A DNA stretch of 29,888 nt from an uncultured Clostridia bacterium. GTDB lineage: Bacteria; Bacillota; Clostridia; RUG12999. The first letter of the stretch is position 1. Each line of letters begins with the position of its first letter. Of this stretch, positions 18,030 to 28,979 are shown in pieces. Under the pieces are notes generated by a model. It had not been told where the DNA came from, did no database searches, and saw only the letters and a list, made by a program, of their open reading frames with translations. Where the stretch lies: NCBI GenBank assembly GCA_938005345.1, contig CALLNG010000473.1:1-29888 (forward strand), written 5' to 3'. The translations under genes were made by a program, and so were the position numbers.

Positions 18030-18058
18030 ATTCTATTCTCATTTGAGCAGTTTGTCAA
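18030..18058 (-). promoter_or_regulatory. sigmaA-type promoter whose -35 lies inside the csoR 3' end, driving the flavin reductase operon
   Basis: TTGACA (18058-18053), 17 bp, TAGAAT (18035-18030). Confidence 0.7.
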
Positions 18059-18305
18059 TAAGAATTGCCAGTTCTTCAATTTTTTCGTCAGCATGCTCTC
18101 CCTCAACCGCCGCTTCCTTGACGCAACTGTGCAAATGCGCCAGCAATACTTCCTGGTTGGCCTTTTTCAGCACGGCCTGCGCCGCCAAAAGCTGATGGGA
18201 GATGTCCATACAATACTGGTCCTCCTCCACCATTTTCAAAATACCGTCCACCTGGCCGCGCGCAGTTTTTAGCAGCCGCACCACCTTTTGTTTATTCGCT
18301 TTCAT
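18039..18305 (-). CDS. csoR: CsoR family copper-sensing transcriptional repressor
   Basis: 88 aa; L.TARGQ..GI..M.E.D.YC.DI..Q..A and L..HL..C (Cys-His-Cys fingerprint); start overlaps the copA stop (ATGA). Confidence 0.93.
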   Translation of the reverse strand: MKANKQKVVRLLKTARGQVDGILKMVEEDQYCMDISHQLLAAQAVLKKANQEVLLAHLHSCVKEAAVEGEHADEKIEELAILIDKLLK

Positions 18306-20575
18306 TGTTGTTTCTCCTCTCCCTGCCATTTGGGCCGGAACCGCCGCAGCCGCAACGCATTGGTGACCACGCAAACGGAGCTCAGGCTCATGGCTGCCGC
18401 CGCAAACATGGGGCTGAGTTTCCAGCCCAGCCAGTGGTAAAACACACCGGCGGCGAGCGGAATGCCAATACAGTTATAGAAAAATGCCCAAAACAAGTTT
18501 TCTTTGATGTTGCGCAGCACCGCGCGTCCCAGCTGCAAGGCAGCTGCTACACCGCGCAAATCGTCCTTCATCAAAATCATGTCCGCGGACTGGGCCGCGA
18601 TTTCCACACCGCCGCCCATGGCGATCCCCACGTCCGCCCGCATCAGCGCCGGCGCATCGTTGACGCCATCGCCCGCCATGGCAACGGTCTCGCCGCTGCT
18701 TTGCAGCGCGCGCACCTTTTGTTCTTTGTCCTGCGGCAGCACGCCCGCCACCACTTCCTGTACGCCGACTTGCTGTGCTACAGCCTTGGCAGTGCGTTCA
18801 TTGTCACCCGTCAGCATGACAGTGCGCACGCCCATGTGCCGCAGCGTCTCTACTGCCTGGCGGCTGGTTGCCTTAACGGGATCCGCCGCCGCTACCAATC
18901 CCAGCAGCGCGCCGTCTTTTCCGATATAAAGCGGGGTTTTGCCCTGCTCCGCCAGGGCTGCCGCTTGCTTTTCCCAGCCGTCCGCCGCAACGCCGCATTG
19001 CTCCATTAGCGACAAATTTCCCGCACTGATCGCCGCGCCGTCCAGCATCGCGGCCACGCCTGCGCCAGGTATGCTTTGGAACTCCTGTGCCTTTTGCACT
19101 GAAATCCCTTGTTCCTTTGCCTTTTCCAGCACCGCTTCCGCCAACGGATGCTCGCTGAGCGCCTCCAGGGCTGCCGCCGTGCGTAGCAACTCCTCCTGCG
19201 AAACGCCCTGTGCTGGAACCAAATCCGTCACACGCGGGTGCCCTTCTGTGATGGTCCCAGTTTTATCCAGCACCACGGTTTTCACTGCGTGCGCTGTTTC
19301 CAGCGCCTGGGCTGTTTTGACCAAAATGCCCTGCTCTGCGCCTTTCCCGGTGCCCACCATAATGGCGGTCGGGGTAGCAAGCCCCAGTGCACAGGGGCAG
19401 GACACCACCAGCACCGCAATGCCGGAGGACAGTGCAAATGAAAGCCCAGCGCCCAGCAGCAGCCATATCACGACCGTGACCACCGCAATACCCATGACCA
19501 CCGGAACAAAAATACCGCTGACCCGGTCCGCCAGCCGCGCAATGGGCGCTTTTGTCGCGCCCGCTTCTTCCACTAGCCGTACAATCTGGGAAAAGGTGGT
19601 ATCCTGCCCCACCTTTTCCGCGCGGAAGCGGAAGGAACCGCTACGGTTGACGGAAGCACCTGTCACCGCGTCGCCCGGTTGTTTTTCCACCGGCATACTC
19701 TCTCCGGTTATCACGGATTCGTCCACAGACGCGCTGCCCTCTGTCACTACGCCGTCCACAGGAATTTTCCAGCCCGGTTTGACAATCACAATATCGCCCA
19801 CGGCGACCTGGTCCACTGGAAGCTCCTGCTCCTCGCCGCCGCGCAGTACCACTGCGGTCTGCGGCGCCATTTGCATCAGCGCACGCAATGCGCCCGCTGT
19901 TTTGTCTTTAGATCTAGCCTCCAAATATTTTCCCACCGTCACCAGTGTGACAATCATGGCCGCCGATTCAAAATACACATCATGGCGGTATTGCTCCACC
20001 AGTGCCATATCCTGGTGCCCCATGCCGTAAGTGACGGCATACAGCGCCCAAAGGCCGTATACCACCGCTGCACCCGCTCCTACTGCAATGAGCGTATCCA
20101 TATTGGGCGCGCCCTTCAGCAGGCGGGAAAAGCCGTTTTGAAAATAGCTGCGGTTGAGAAACAGTACGGGAACGGTCAAAAGCAGCTGGGTGAGCAACTG
20201 GACAGGCGCATTTTGCGCGCCTTCCAAAAAGAAAGGCTGCGGCAAATGCAGCATATGCCCCATGCTAACATACATCAGCACGATGAGAAACCCAATTGAC
20301 CATATCAGCCGGCGGCGCACCGAGCGCTGCTCGTCTGCCGCGGTTGTTTCCTCCTGTTTGCTGCCGCCTTGCACTTTGGCCCGGTAGCCGCCTTTTTCCA
20401 CTGCTTTGCAAATCTGTTTGTCCTTGAGTTTTGCTTCGTCATACACCACAGTCATGGTGTTTTGCAATAAACTAACGGACACGTCCTGCACGCCCTCCAG
20501 CTTGCGCACGCTCTTTTCCACGTGGCTACTGCACGCGCTGCACGTCATGCCCATCACATCAAATGTTTGTTTCAT
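18302..20575 (-). CDS. copA: copper-translocating P1B-type ATPase
   Basis: ATG 20575 behind GGAGGTGA; N-terminal [43 protein letters not shown] and MSLSS (Cu(I) exporter signature). Confidence 0.96.
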   Translation of the reverse strand: MKQTFDVMGMTCSACSSHVEKSVRKLEGVQDVSVSLLQNTMTVVYDEAKLKDKQICKAVEKGGYRAKVQGGSKQEETTAADEQRSVRRRLIWSIGFLIVLMYVSMGHMLHLPQPFFLEGAQNAPVQLLTQLLLTVPVLFLNRSYFQNGFSRLLKGAPNMDTLIAVGAGAAVVYGLWALYAVTYGMGHQDMALVEQYRHDVYFESAAMIVTLVTVGKYLEARSKDKTAGALRALMQMAPQTAVVLRGGEEQELPVDQVAVGDIVIVKPGWKIPVDGVVTEGSASVDESVITGESMPVEKQPGDAVTGASVNRSGSFRFRAEKVGQDTTFSQIVRLVEEAGATKAPIARLADRVSGIFVPVVMGIAVVTVVIWLLLGAGLSFALSSGIAVLVVSCPCALGLATPTAIMVGTGKGAEQGILVKTAQALETAHAVKTVVLDKTGTITEGHPRVTDLVPAQGVSQEELLRTAAALEALSEHPLAEAVLEKAKEQGISVQKAQEFQSIPGAGVAAMLDGAAISAGNLSLMEQCGVAADGWEKQAAALAEQGKTPLYIGKDGALLGLVAAADPVKATSRQAVETLRHMGVRTVMLTGDNERTAKAVAQQVGVQEVVAGVLPQDKEQKVRALQSSGETVAMAGDGVNDAPALMRADVGIAMGGGVEIAAQSADMILMKDDLRGVAAALQLGRAVLRNIKENLFWAFFYNCIGIPLAAGVFYHWLGWKLSPMFAAAAMSLSSVCVVTNALRLRRFRPKWQGEEKQQ

Positions 20576-20588
20576 ATCGTTCACCTCC

Positions 20589-20640
20589 ACACCCCCCTGG
20601 GGTGTATATTTAGTATAGCATGCTTCCTCCCGTTTGTCAA
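20589..20640 (-). promoter_or_regulatory. copA-csoR promoter with CsoR operator
   Basis: TTGACA (20640-20635), 17 bp, TATACT (20617-20612); C/G-tract palindrome ACACCCC-CCT-GGGGTGT (20589-20605) between -10 and RBS, matching the known CsoR operator style. Confidence 0.85.
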
Positions 20641-20651
20641 GACCTTGGAAT

Positions 20652-20680
20652 TAGCATTTTTTCCCAGTCTATGCTATAAT
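20652..20680 (+). promoter_or_regulatory. probable promoter of mnmG, divergent from copA
   Basis: TG-C-TATAAT extended -10 (20675-20680), weak -35 TAGCAT 17 bp upstream. Confidence 0.6.
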
Positions 20681-20792
20681 AACAAAGAAAAAACTTCGGG
20701 GTACAGTGACTTTCCCTGCGGCGGTTACGCCGCAGCAAGGGCAGCGCTGGCTCCGGGCTGCCGAAATTCAAAAGGAAAGCGGATGAGGACCT

Positions 20793-22709
20793 ATGCAAAA
20801 ACAGAAACAAACCGTACCGCGCTGGAGTGCGGGCAGCTATGACGTGGCGGTGATTGGCGGGGGACATGCCGGCTGTGAGGCTGCACTGGCGGCGGCGCGC
20901 CTGGGCTGCTCCACCATTGTATTTGCCATCAATTTGGACAGTATTGCCAACATGCCCTGCAACCCCAATATCGGCGGAACGGCAAAGGGGCACCTGGTGC
21001 GGGAGGTGGACGCGCTGGGCGGCGAGATGGGCAAGGTGGCGGACCGTACGCTCATCCAATCCCGTATGCTCAACGCGGGCAAAGGCCCCGCCGTCCACTC
21101 CCTGCGCGCGCAGATTGACCGTCGCGCCTATGGGCGGGAGATGAAACGCGTGCTGGAAAACCAGCCGGGACTGCACGTACGCCAGGGCGAGGTGACGGAT
21201 ATTTTATTTGAAGAGGACGGGCGTGTATCGGGCGTGGTGCTGCAAACGGGCGCTGTGTTCCGCTGCCGTGCCGCGATTATTGCCAGCGGCACCTATCTCA
21301 AGGGCAACATCATCATTGGGGAATTGCAGTACAGCGGCGGGCCGGACGGTATGTTCCCGGCGGATTCCCTGTCCGATTGCCTGCGGGAAGCGGGCATTGA
21401 ACTGATGCGCTTTAAGACGGGAACGCCCGCCCGCGTGAGCCGGCAAAGCATTGATTTTTCCGGTTTGGCGCCCCAGGAGGGGGACGAGGAAATCGTACCG
21501 TTTTCTTTTGAAGAAAAGGAAAAGCTGGAAAACAAGGTAGTGTGTTACCTGACGCACACCAATCCCACCACGCATGATATCATCCGGCGCAACCTGGACC
21601 GCTCCCCCCTGTTTGCCGGCATGATTGAGGGGATTGGTCCCCGGTACTGTCCCTCTATTGAAGATAAAGTGGTGCGCTTTGCGGACAAACAGCAGCACCA
21701 GGTATTTTTGGAGCCCATGGGCCTGGCAACGGAAGAAATTTACGTACAGGGCATGTCCAGCAGCCTGCCGGAGGAAGTGCAAATTGAGATGATGCGTTCC
21801 ATGAAAGGGCTGGAACATGTGCAAATTATGCGCCCCGCCTATGCGATTGAATACGATTGCTGCAATCCGCTGCAGCTGCGTCCCACACTGGAATTCAAAT
21901 CCCATGAGGGGCTGTACGGAGCGGGGCAGTTCAACGGCACCTCCGGCTACGAGGAAGCGGCGGCGCAGGGACTCATCGCGGGCATCAACGCCGCACGCAA
22001 GTTGCAAGGCAAGGATCCGGTGGTGCTGGAGCGTTCCGACGCGTATATCGGCACACTGATTGATGATTTGGTAAGCAAAGGCACCCGCGAGCCCTACCGC
22101 ATGATGACATCACGCAGCGAATACCGGCTACTGCTGCGGCAGGACAATGCGGACGAACGGCTCACGCCGCTGGGACACGAAATTGGCCTCATCAGCGACG
22201 AGCGTTACCAACATTTTTTGGACAAATGGGCCAGCATCCGCGGAGAGGTGGCCCGGTTGAAAAAGACGACGCTCGCACCCAGCGAACAGGTCAATGCGTT
22301 TTTAGCGTCCAAGCAATCCACCCCGCTTTCCACGGGTATCAAGCTTGCGGATTTGCTGCGCCGTCCTGAGCTGTCCTATCCCGATTTGGCCCAGCTCACC
22401 GACATGCCGATTCTCCCCAAAGATGTATGGGAAGAGGCTGCAATACAAGTCAAATACGAGGGGTATATCTCCCGCCAGGTGGCGCAGGTCGCACAATTCC
22501 GCAAGCTGGAAAACAAAAAGCTGCCGGAGGATTTGGATTATACCAACCTGAAAGGGCTGCGGCTGGAGGCACGCCAAAAATTACAGCAGGTGCGCCCGTT
22601 GTCCGTGGGACAGGCCTCCCGCATTTCCGGTGTCTCGCCTGCTGATATTACAGCGCTGCTGATTCATTTAGAACAAAAAAAAGGAGCAGACAAGGCAAAA
22701 GAAACTTGA
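20793..22709 (+). CDS. mnmG: tRNA uridine-5-carboxymethylaminomethyl modification enzyme MnmG (GidA)
   Basis: 638 aa; YDVAVIGGGHAGCEAALA, CNP.IGG.AKG.LV.E.DALGG, KGPAV.SLRAQ.D, KTGTP.R, GPRYCPSIEDK, AGQ.NGT.GYEEAAAQG, EPYRMMTSR.EYRL.LR.DNAD.RL. Confidence 0.98.
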   Translation: MQKQKQTVPRWSAGSYDVAVIGGGHAGCEAALAAARLGCSTIVFAINLDSIANMPCNPNIGGTAKGHLVREVDALGGEMGKVADRTLIQSRMLNAGKGPAVHSLRAQIDRRAYGREMKRVLENQPGLHVRQGEVTDILFEEDGRVSGVVLQTGAVFRCRAAIIASGTYLKGNIIIGELQYSGGPDGMFPADSLSDCLREAGIELMRFKTGTPARVSRQSIDFSGLAPQEGDEEIVPFSFEEKEKLENKVVCYLTHTNPTTHDIIRRNLDRSPLFAGMIEGIGPRYCPSIEDKVVRFADKQQHQVFLEPMGLATEEIYVQGMSSSLPEEVQIEMMRSMKGLEHVQIMRPAYAIEYDCCNPLQLRPTLEFKSHEGLYGAGQFNGTSGYEEAAAQGLIAGINAARKLQGKDPVVLERSDAYIGTLIDDLVSKGTREPYRMMTSRSEYRLLLRQDNADERLTPLGHEIGLISDERYQHFLDKWASIRGEVARLKKTTLAPSEQVNAFLASKQSTPLSTGIKLADLLRRPELSYPDLAQLTDMPILPKDVWEEAAIQVKYEGYISRQVAQVAQFRKLENKKLPEDLDYTNLKGLRLEARQKLQQVRPLSVGQASRISGVSPADITALLIHLEQKKGADKAKET

Positions 22710-22825
22710 TTACCTGCTCTCATCCGGCGCATACGAATAAGGAATCTTCAGTCCCAGCATATGTCCGGATCTGAAGCGGTTTTGAGACAAAGCGTGTTCC
22801 CGTTGTTTCCCCTAAGGAACGATAT

Positions 22826-22858
22826 AAAAAAGCGCATTCTTCGGAATGCGCTTTTTTT
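22826..22858. terminator. bidirectional intrinsic terminator (mnmG / DUF2264)
   Basis: AAAAAAGCGCATTC-TTCG-GAATGCGCTTTTTTT perfect stem with a C(UUCG)G loop. Confidence 0.9.
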
Positions 22859-22861
22859 CTG

Positions 22862-24547
22862 CTATTTTACGTAGGCTTCTACCTCTGACTCCAGCACGTA
22901 TTGACCGGGATCCAGCGTATAGCGAATCGCCGGAATGACGGTTCGGGGATATTTTACGTTGGTATTAGGCTCCGCATAAATCAATTCCGGTTCGCCCTGG
23001 TGCGCGGCAATGCTGCTCACTGCCTTGGGGGTTTGCGCAACCATGCAGCCGCCTTCCACACGGCTTTCCATCTGCTCCGCGTCAATGGCAAACCCGCAGT
23101 CATAGGCCTTGCACGCCCGCTGCACTGTCACCACATGGCGGCGCCGGTGCCCGCGTTCTGTCGGCGTCAGCGTAGTTTCCACCGTCACGCCTTCTGCCGG
23201 CGACCATTTGGACCAAACGACGTTGTTTTCTATTTTGATCGCAGCGCACTCCTTGCGCACCCGGATGATACCGTCCACCTCAAAGGCCAGCATACTGTCC
23301 GGTGCAGCTTTGTCAATGGTATCATAGGAACGCGAAACGCTGAACCCAAAATACGTCGAATAGGCAAACTTTGCGTATTTTTCAATCGCCTGGGCCGGGT
23401 TGAAAAAGGGGAATTTTCCCGCCCGCAGCGCGGTGGTATTATGCGGATGGTGCTGCATGACCATAAACGCATGCGGCAGATAGCGGACCGAATCCCGTGG
23501 CGGCATGGGCAACGCCGGTGTATTCCAAACCGGATGGCTGTCCGGCAGCGCCAAGATTAAAAACGCTTTGAAGGCCCAATAGGGGGAGCCTGGCGCGTTG
23601 TACCCTTCCGCCATATGGAGGTTGGGGTATTCATATCCCACGGTCAGCACGCCCGCGTTATCAAAGATGGGGCAACTCAGCCAGTGCTCCATATGCCGCG
23701 CAATCAGCCCTTTCATCACACCCACGGAAAACGGCTCGATGCCCGCAAACAGGCAGGCGCTCCAAAACGAACACTGTGCAAACCGGTAGGTCAGCGAACG
23801 GCCGAACGGGATGCTCACGCCATCCTCGTCAAACCAGTCGATAAAAGTCGTGGCAAACTTCATGGCCCGGTCTTTATACAATTTGCTGCGCTGTGGATCC
23901 TCTGTTTCCATAACCTTGGCATAAATCAAGCTGTAAAAATGAATGGCAAACGAAATATAATAGTCGGTATTGGGGGTCAGCCCGTCACGGTACCAACCAT
24001 CGTCTAAATAGAATTTTTCAAACCGGGCAAATGCATGGTTCATCTTTTCCTGGCTGTAGCGCGCGCCCACCGCTTTGAGCCCCAAATTGGTCAGCACGTT
24101 GAAAAACTGCCAGTTGTTGTCGTTCACTTCCAGTTCGTTGATTTGCCACAGCCACTGCACCACGTTTTCCTTTTCCCGTTCGCTCAGCGGCTCATAGAGT
24201 TTTTCCGGGGCCATGACAAGCGCCAGCCCAATGGGCGCCATTTCCACCATACGCTGGTCATAGGGCTTGATTTCTCCCCAATATTCCGGATGGTCGGGGT
24301 CTGTTTCATGACGCAGGCCCTCCCGGTAAATCTCGACGAAATCCTCCGCGCTTCCGCCGCCGGCCCAGTACGGCGCGAGACCCCAAAGCGGGCGGGCAAA
24401 CGCTTCCATTTCTATAATATCCCGTTTATATATTGCGCCGCATGGCCCCAGGCGCAGCCGCGCTTTCCCTTCACTGTAATACGGTTTAACGGCTTGCGTC
24501 ATGCGCTCTAGAGCCTTAGCAAAATCCGCTTTTGTGTTCCATTCCAT
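22862..24547 (-). CDS. DUF2264 domain-containing protein
   Basis: 561 aa; RBS AAGGAG; EAFARPLWGLAP, DP.HPEYWG, DQRMVE, NNW.FF, GWY.DG, DYY..FA.HFY, FGRSLTYRFA, E.YN.PGSPYWA.K.F. Confidence 0.9.
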   Translation of the reverse strand: MEWNTKADFAKALERMTQAVKPYYSEGKARLRLGPCGAIYKRDIIEMEAFARPLWGLAPYWAGGGSAEDFVEIYREGLRHETDPDHPEYWGEIKPYDQRMVEMAPIGLALVMAPEKLYEPLSEREKENVVQWLWQINELEVNDNNWQFFNVLTNLGLKAVGARYSQEKMNHAFARFEKFYLDDGWYRDGLTPNTDYYISFAIHFYSLIYAKVMETEDPQRSKLYKDRAMKFATTFIDWFDEDGVSIPFGRSLTYRFAQCSFWSACLFAGIEPFSVGVMKGLIARHMEHWLSCPIFDNAGVLTVGYEYPNLHMAEGYNAPGSPYWAFKAFLILALPDSHPVWNTPALPMPPRDSVRYLPHAFMVMQHHPHNTTALRAGKFPFFNPAQAIEKYAKFAYSTYFGFSVSRSYDTIDKAAPDSMLAFEVDGIIRVRKECAAIKIENNVVWSKWSPAEGVTVETTLTPTERGHRRRHVVTVQRACKAYDCGFAIDAEQMESRVEGGCMVAQTPKAVSSIAAHQGEPELIYAEPNTNVKYPRTVIPAIRYTLDPGQYVLESEVEAYVK

Positions 24548-24594
24548 TTGTTTTTCTCCTTTCTGTCCGCAGAATAGCTCCTTCGTTATGTTTC

Positions 24595-24623
24595 AGTATA
24601 GCATAAGCAGCGGGCAAATGCAA
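24595..24623 (-). promoter_or_regulatory. sigmaA-type promoter of the DUF2264 gene
   Basis: TTGCAT (24623-24618), 17 bp, TATACT (24600-24595) with extended TG. Confidence 0.72.
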
Positions 24624-24628
24624 GCAGC

Positions 24629-24667
24629 AAAAAACGCATGGCATCCAACTTCTGCCATGCGTTTTTT
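24629..24667 (-). terminator. intrinsic terminator after yyaL
   Basis: AAAAAACGCATGGCA / TGCCATGCGTTTTTT perfect stem. Confidence 0.85.
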
Positions 24668-24669
24668 CT

Positions 24670-26679
<2,010 letters not shown>

Positions 26680-26734
26680 CCATGTTCCATCCTTTTTTCA
26701 GCAAAGTTTCGTCCCTAGTGTGCCCGTTTTTCAT

Positions 26735-26778
26735 AAAAAAAAACTGTCTGAAACCAGTTGGCTCAGACAGTTTTTTTT
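26735..26778 (-). terminator. intrinsic terminator overlapping the XRE stop codon
   Basis: A9-CTGTCTGA / TCAGACAG-T8 inverted repeat. Confidence 0.75.
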
Positions 26779-26993
26779 GGCGCCGGCGGATAGGGAGATT
26801 TTTCCTCCGTCCGTCCCACAAGATAATCTAAACTTGTTTGAAAAAAATCTGCGAGAATAATCAAATTTTGCGTGGTTGGCATACACTCTCCCCGTTCATA
26901 TTTTGAGATAATACTCTGGTCAATTCCAGTTTCACATTCTATGTCAAACTGTGTCAACTCCCGCATCAGTCGCAAATATTTGATATGGTTCAT
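26763..26993 (-). CDS. XRE-family helix-turn-helix transcriptional regulator
   Basis: ATG 26993 behind AAGGAG; 76 aa; LR....LTQ......TGI.Q..IS.YE.G...P....L..LA.FF..SLDYL.GR. Confidence 0.9.
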   Translation of the reverse strand: MNHIKYLRLMRELTQFDIECETGIDQSIISKYERGECMPTTQNLIILADFFQTSLDYLVGRTEEKSPYPPAPKKTV

Positions 26994-27225
26994 GACTGTC
27001 ACTCCTTATCTTCTTTATTATCTCATATTATTCCCGTGACAGGAAAGTAAATATGTACTATAATAAGATAAGTAGAAATAATTTATGTATGAACCAAATA
27101 AGTTCGATTTTTTTCTACAAATTTCTATTTCATTTTGCATAATATGATGGATTTGAAGTCTATATTTTCGCTTTCTAACTGCCTCGGAAAGTATTACCCT
27201 TTTTCCATCATTTTATTATATGAAG

Positions 27226-27267
27226 GCAAAAAGGCCCCAATCCTATATCATATTGGGGCCTTTTTGC
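27226..27267. terminator. bidirectional intrinsic terminator
   Basis: GCAAAAAGGCCCCAAT / ATTGGGGCCTTTTTGC perfect 16-bp inverted repeat. Confidence 0.85.
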
Positions 27268-27305
27268 ATGATTGACTATCGGATGCGAGATTCAGTCACA
27301 CGCTT

Positions 27306-27674
27306 CTACGGCTGCAAAACAAATTCCGCGCCATTTGCAAGGCAGTCCTTTCCGGCAATTTGCAGGGGAGTAGAGGCCTCCTTGTCAAATACAAGCGCAT
27401 CCTCTTGGATTTGGAAGCGAAATTCCGCGCCGCCGCCACCCGTCAAAATCAGCTCTGTTCCTTTTACACTATAGGTACCAACGGGGATATTGCTGCTTAG
27501 CGCATCATAGACAAAAACAAACTGGTTATCCTCCTGCAGGGAGACATAAGGCGGCACACCCTCTTCTTGTGCAAGTGTATAGGTTCCAGTCGCCAAATCC
27601 TGCTGCTGTCCGCCAGAACAGCCTACCAGAAGCAGCACCGCAAGCCATAGCCCGCATAGCAATTTCCTGTCCAA
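27306..27674 (-). CDS. hypothetical lipoprotein
   Basis: TTG 27674 behind AAGGAGG; signal peptide with lipobox LVGC; small beta-rich body (GTY.L...GTY.V.G..L.L). Confidence 0.8.
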   Translation of the reverse strand: MDRKLLCGLWLAVLLLVGCSGGQQQDLATGTYTLAQEEGVPPYVSLQEDNQFVFVYDALSSNIPVGTYSVKGTELILTGGGGAEFRFQIQEDALVFDKEASTPLQIAGKDCLANGAEFVLQP

Positions 27675-27714
27675 ATTCCTCCCCTCCTTATGTAAAGGCA
27701 GCATCTTTATTCAC

Positions 27715-28758
27715 TTATTTTCTCAGAGGTATGACCATATTCCAAGTTTTGGTAGCATTCCCGAACCCTTTTCCATTTTTTCCATCCGAGGTGGCAAAAA
27801 ACAGGTGTGTCGGCTGTCCGTCCTCAAAGAGAATGAAGGGACGCTCCATATTTCCCATTTCGCGCACTACACCATCGTCCCACAAAATGTTGCGGGAATA
27901 GAACAGGAAATCCCGTTTGATGTTCCAATGGATTCCATCCTGGCTGGAGGCGTAAATTCCACCATACTTTTCGCCGCAGATTTTTCCGTTCATATCCTTT
28001 GCCATCATGTTGTATCCATCCTCATCCAACCAAATGAAGGGATCCTCCACTTCCAGTGCAGAATCGGTAATCAGTGGCGAATCACTGCATGCAGTAAACG
28101 GCCCGGCAAAGCTGTCCGCTTTGGCTACGCCCAGTTCCATTTTGCCATGCAGGTACTCTGGATAGGGCGGACGTGCATAAGTTCTCGTTTTGTACACTAT
28201 GGTCACACTGCCGTCCGGATTCAGGCAGGGCGCGGGATTGGAAGTGAAAAAGTTATCAAATTTATCCGGCCGTGGCTCCAACACAGGTTTGTCATAACGT
28301 GTCCAAGGGCCATAGATACTTTTGCTGGTCGCAATGCCAATCCGCTTGTTGGCACGGGCCACAATGGTCCGCGGACTGCTGTTGTCCAACGTTTCGCCCA
28401 GCGGCACATCTGGGAACGGATGGGTGGACCCCATATAGTACAGCACATAGGTGTCGCCAATTTTCATGATATGGGGGTTATGCGTGGTCCGTCCATCCCA
28501 GTATTCTGCACCGCGCGCCGGCGTGACCACTTCTTGGAATACATATGGCCCCTCCGGCGTGTTGGACTCGGCCCGCACAATCTCCGATTCCATCAGCCAG
28601 CCTGGATGCATGGGAAGTGTTTTGCGCCACCGGGAGGCAAACATATGGTATTTGCCATCCGCCTTGATAACACTTCCGCACCAAACCCAATATCCTTCCA
28701 TTTCAAACCCACCGCCCACCGGAGCGGGCAGCATTCGCTCTGTTAACGTTCCTTGCAT
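27715..28758 (-). CDS. five-bladed beta-propeller glycoside hydrolase (GH43/GH117-related superfamily)
   Basis: ATG 28758 behind AAGGAG; 347 aa; WVWCGS.I..DGKYHMFASRW, THNP.I......YVLYY.G, IG.A.S.S..GPW, SNPAP, EDPF.W, ERP.ILF. Confidence 0.85.
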   Translation of the reverse strand: MQGTLTERMLPAPVGGGFEMEGYWVWCGSVIKADGKYHMFASRWRKTLPMHPGWLMESEIVRAESNTPEGPYVFQEVVTPARGAEYWDGRTTHNPHIMKIGDTYVLYYMGSTHPFPDVPLGETLDNSSPRTIVARANKRIGIATSKSIYGPWTRYDKPVLEPRPDKFDNFFTSNPAPCLNPDGSVTIVYKTRTYARPPYPEYLHGKMELGVAKADSFAGPFTACSDSPLITDSALEVEDPFIWLDEDGYNMMAKDMNGKICGEKYGGIYASSQDGIHWNIKRDFLFYSRNILWDDGVVREMGNMERPFILFEDGQPTHLFFATSDGKNGKGFGNATKTWNMVIPLRK

Positions 28759-28876
28759 TGGTTTCACTCCTTCTTTTTTTCTGTACACGGCAGCGTTGTT
28801 TGACATACCTCGCACAAGTTGTTTTTTCTGTTTTTACTTTTGTTTTACTTTATTTTTTTCCGTTTCTTTTCGTTTC

Positions 28877-28905
28877 ATTATACGTCAAAAGCATTGCGCT
28901 GTCAA
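28877..28905 (-). promoter_or_regulatory. consensus sigmaA promoter of the beta-propeller GH gene
   Basis: TTGACA (28905-28900), 17 bp, TATAAT (28882-28877). Confidence 0.85.
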
Positions 28906-28979
28906 CCCTTTTCTCTGGACTGCAGCGTGTACGATGCAGCAAAATATCCCCCGGTTTTAAGGCCAGGGGACATTGCTAT

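Noticed and set aside
18939..20030. 363-aa + strand ORF, and similar long ORFs at 8912-9814, 17388-18272, 21204-22007 and 27805-28746
   Set aside because: Antisense shadows of well-supported genes in GC-rich coding DNA, with no recognisable motifs.
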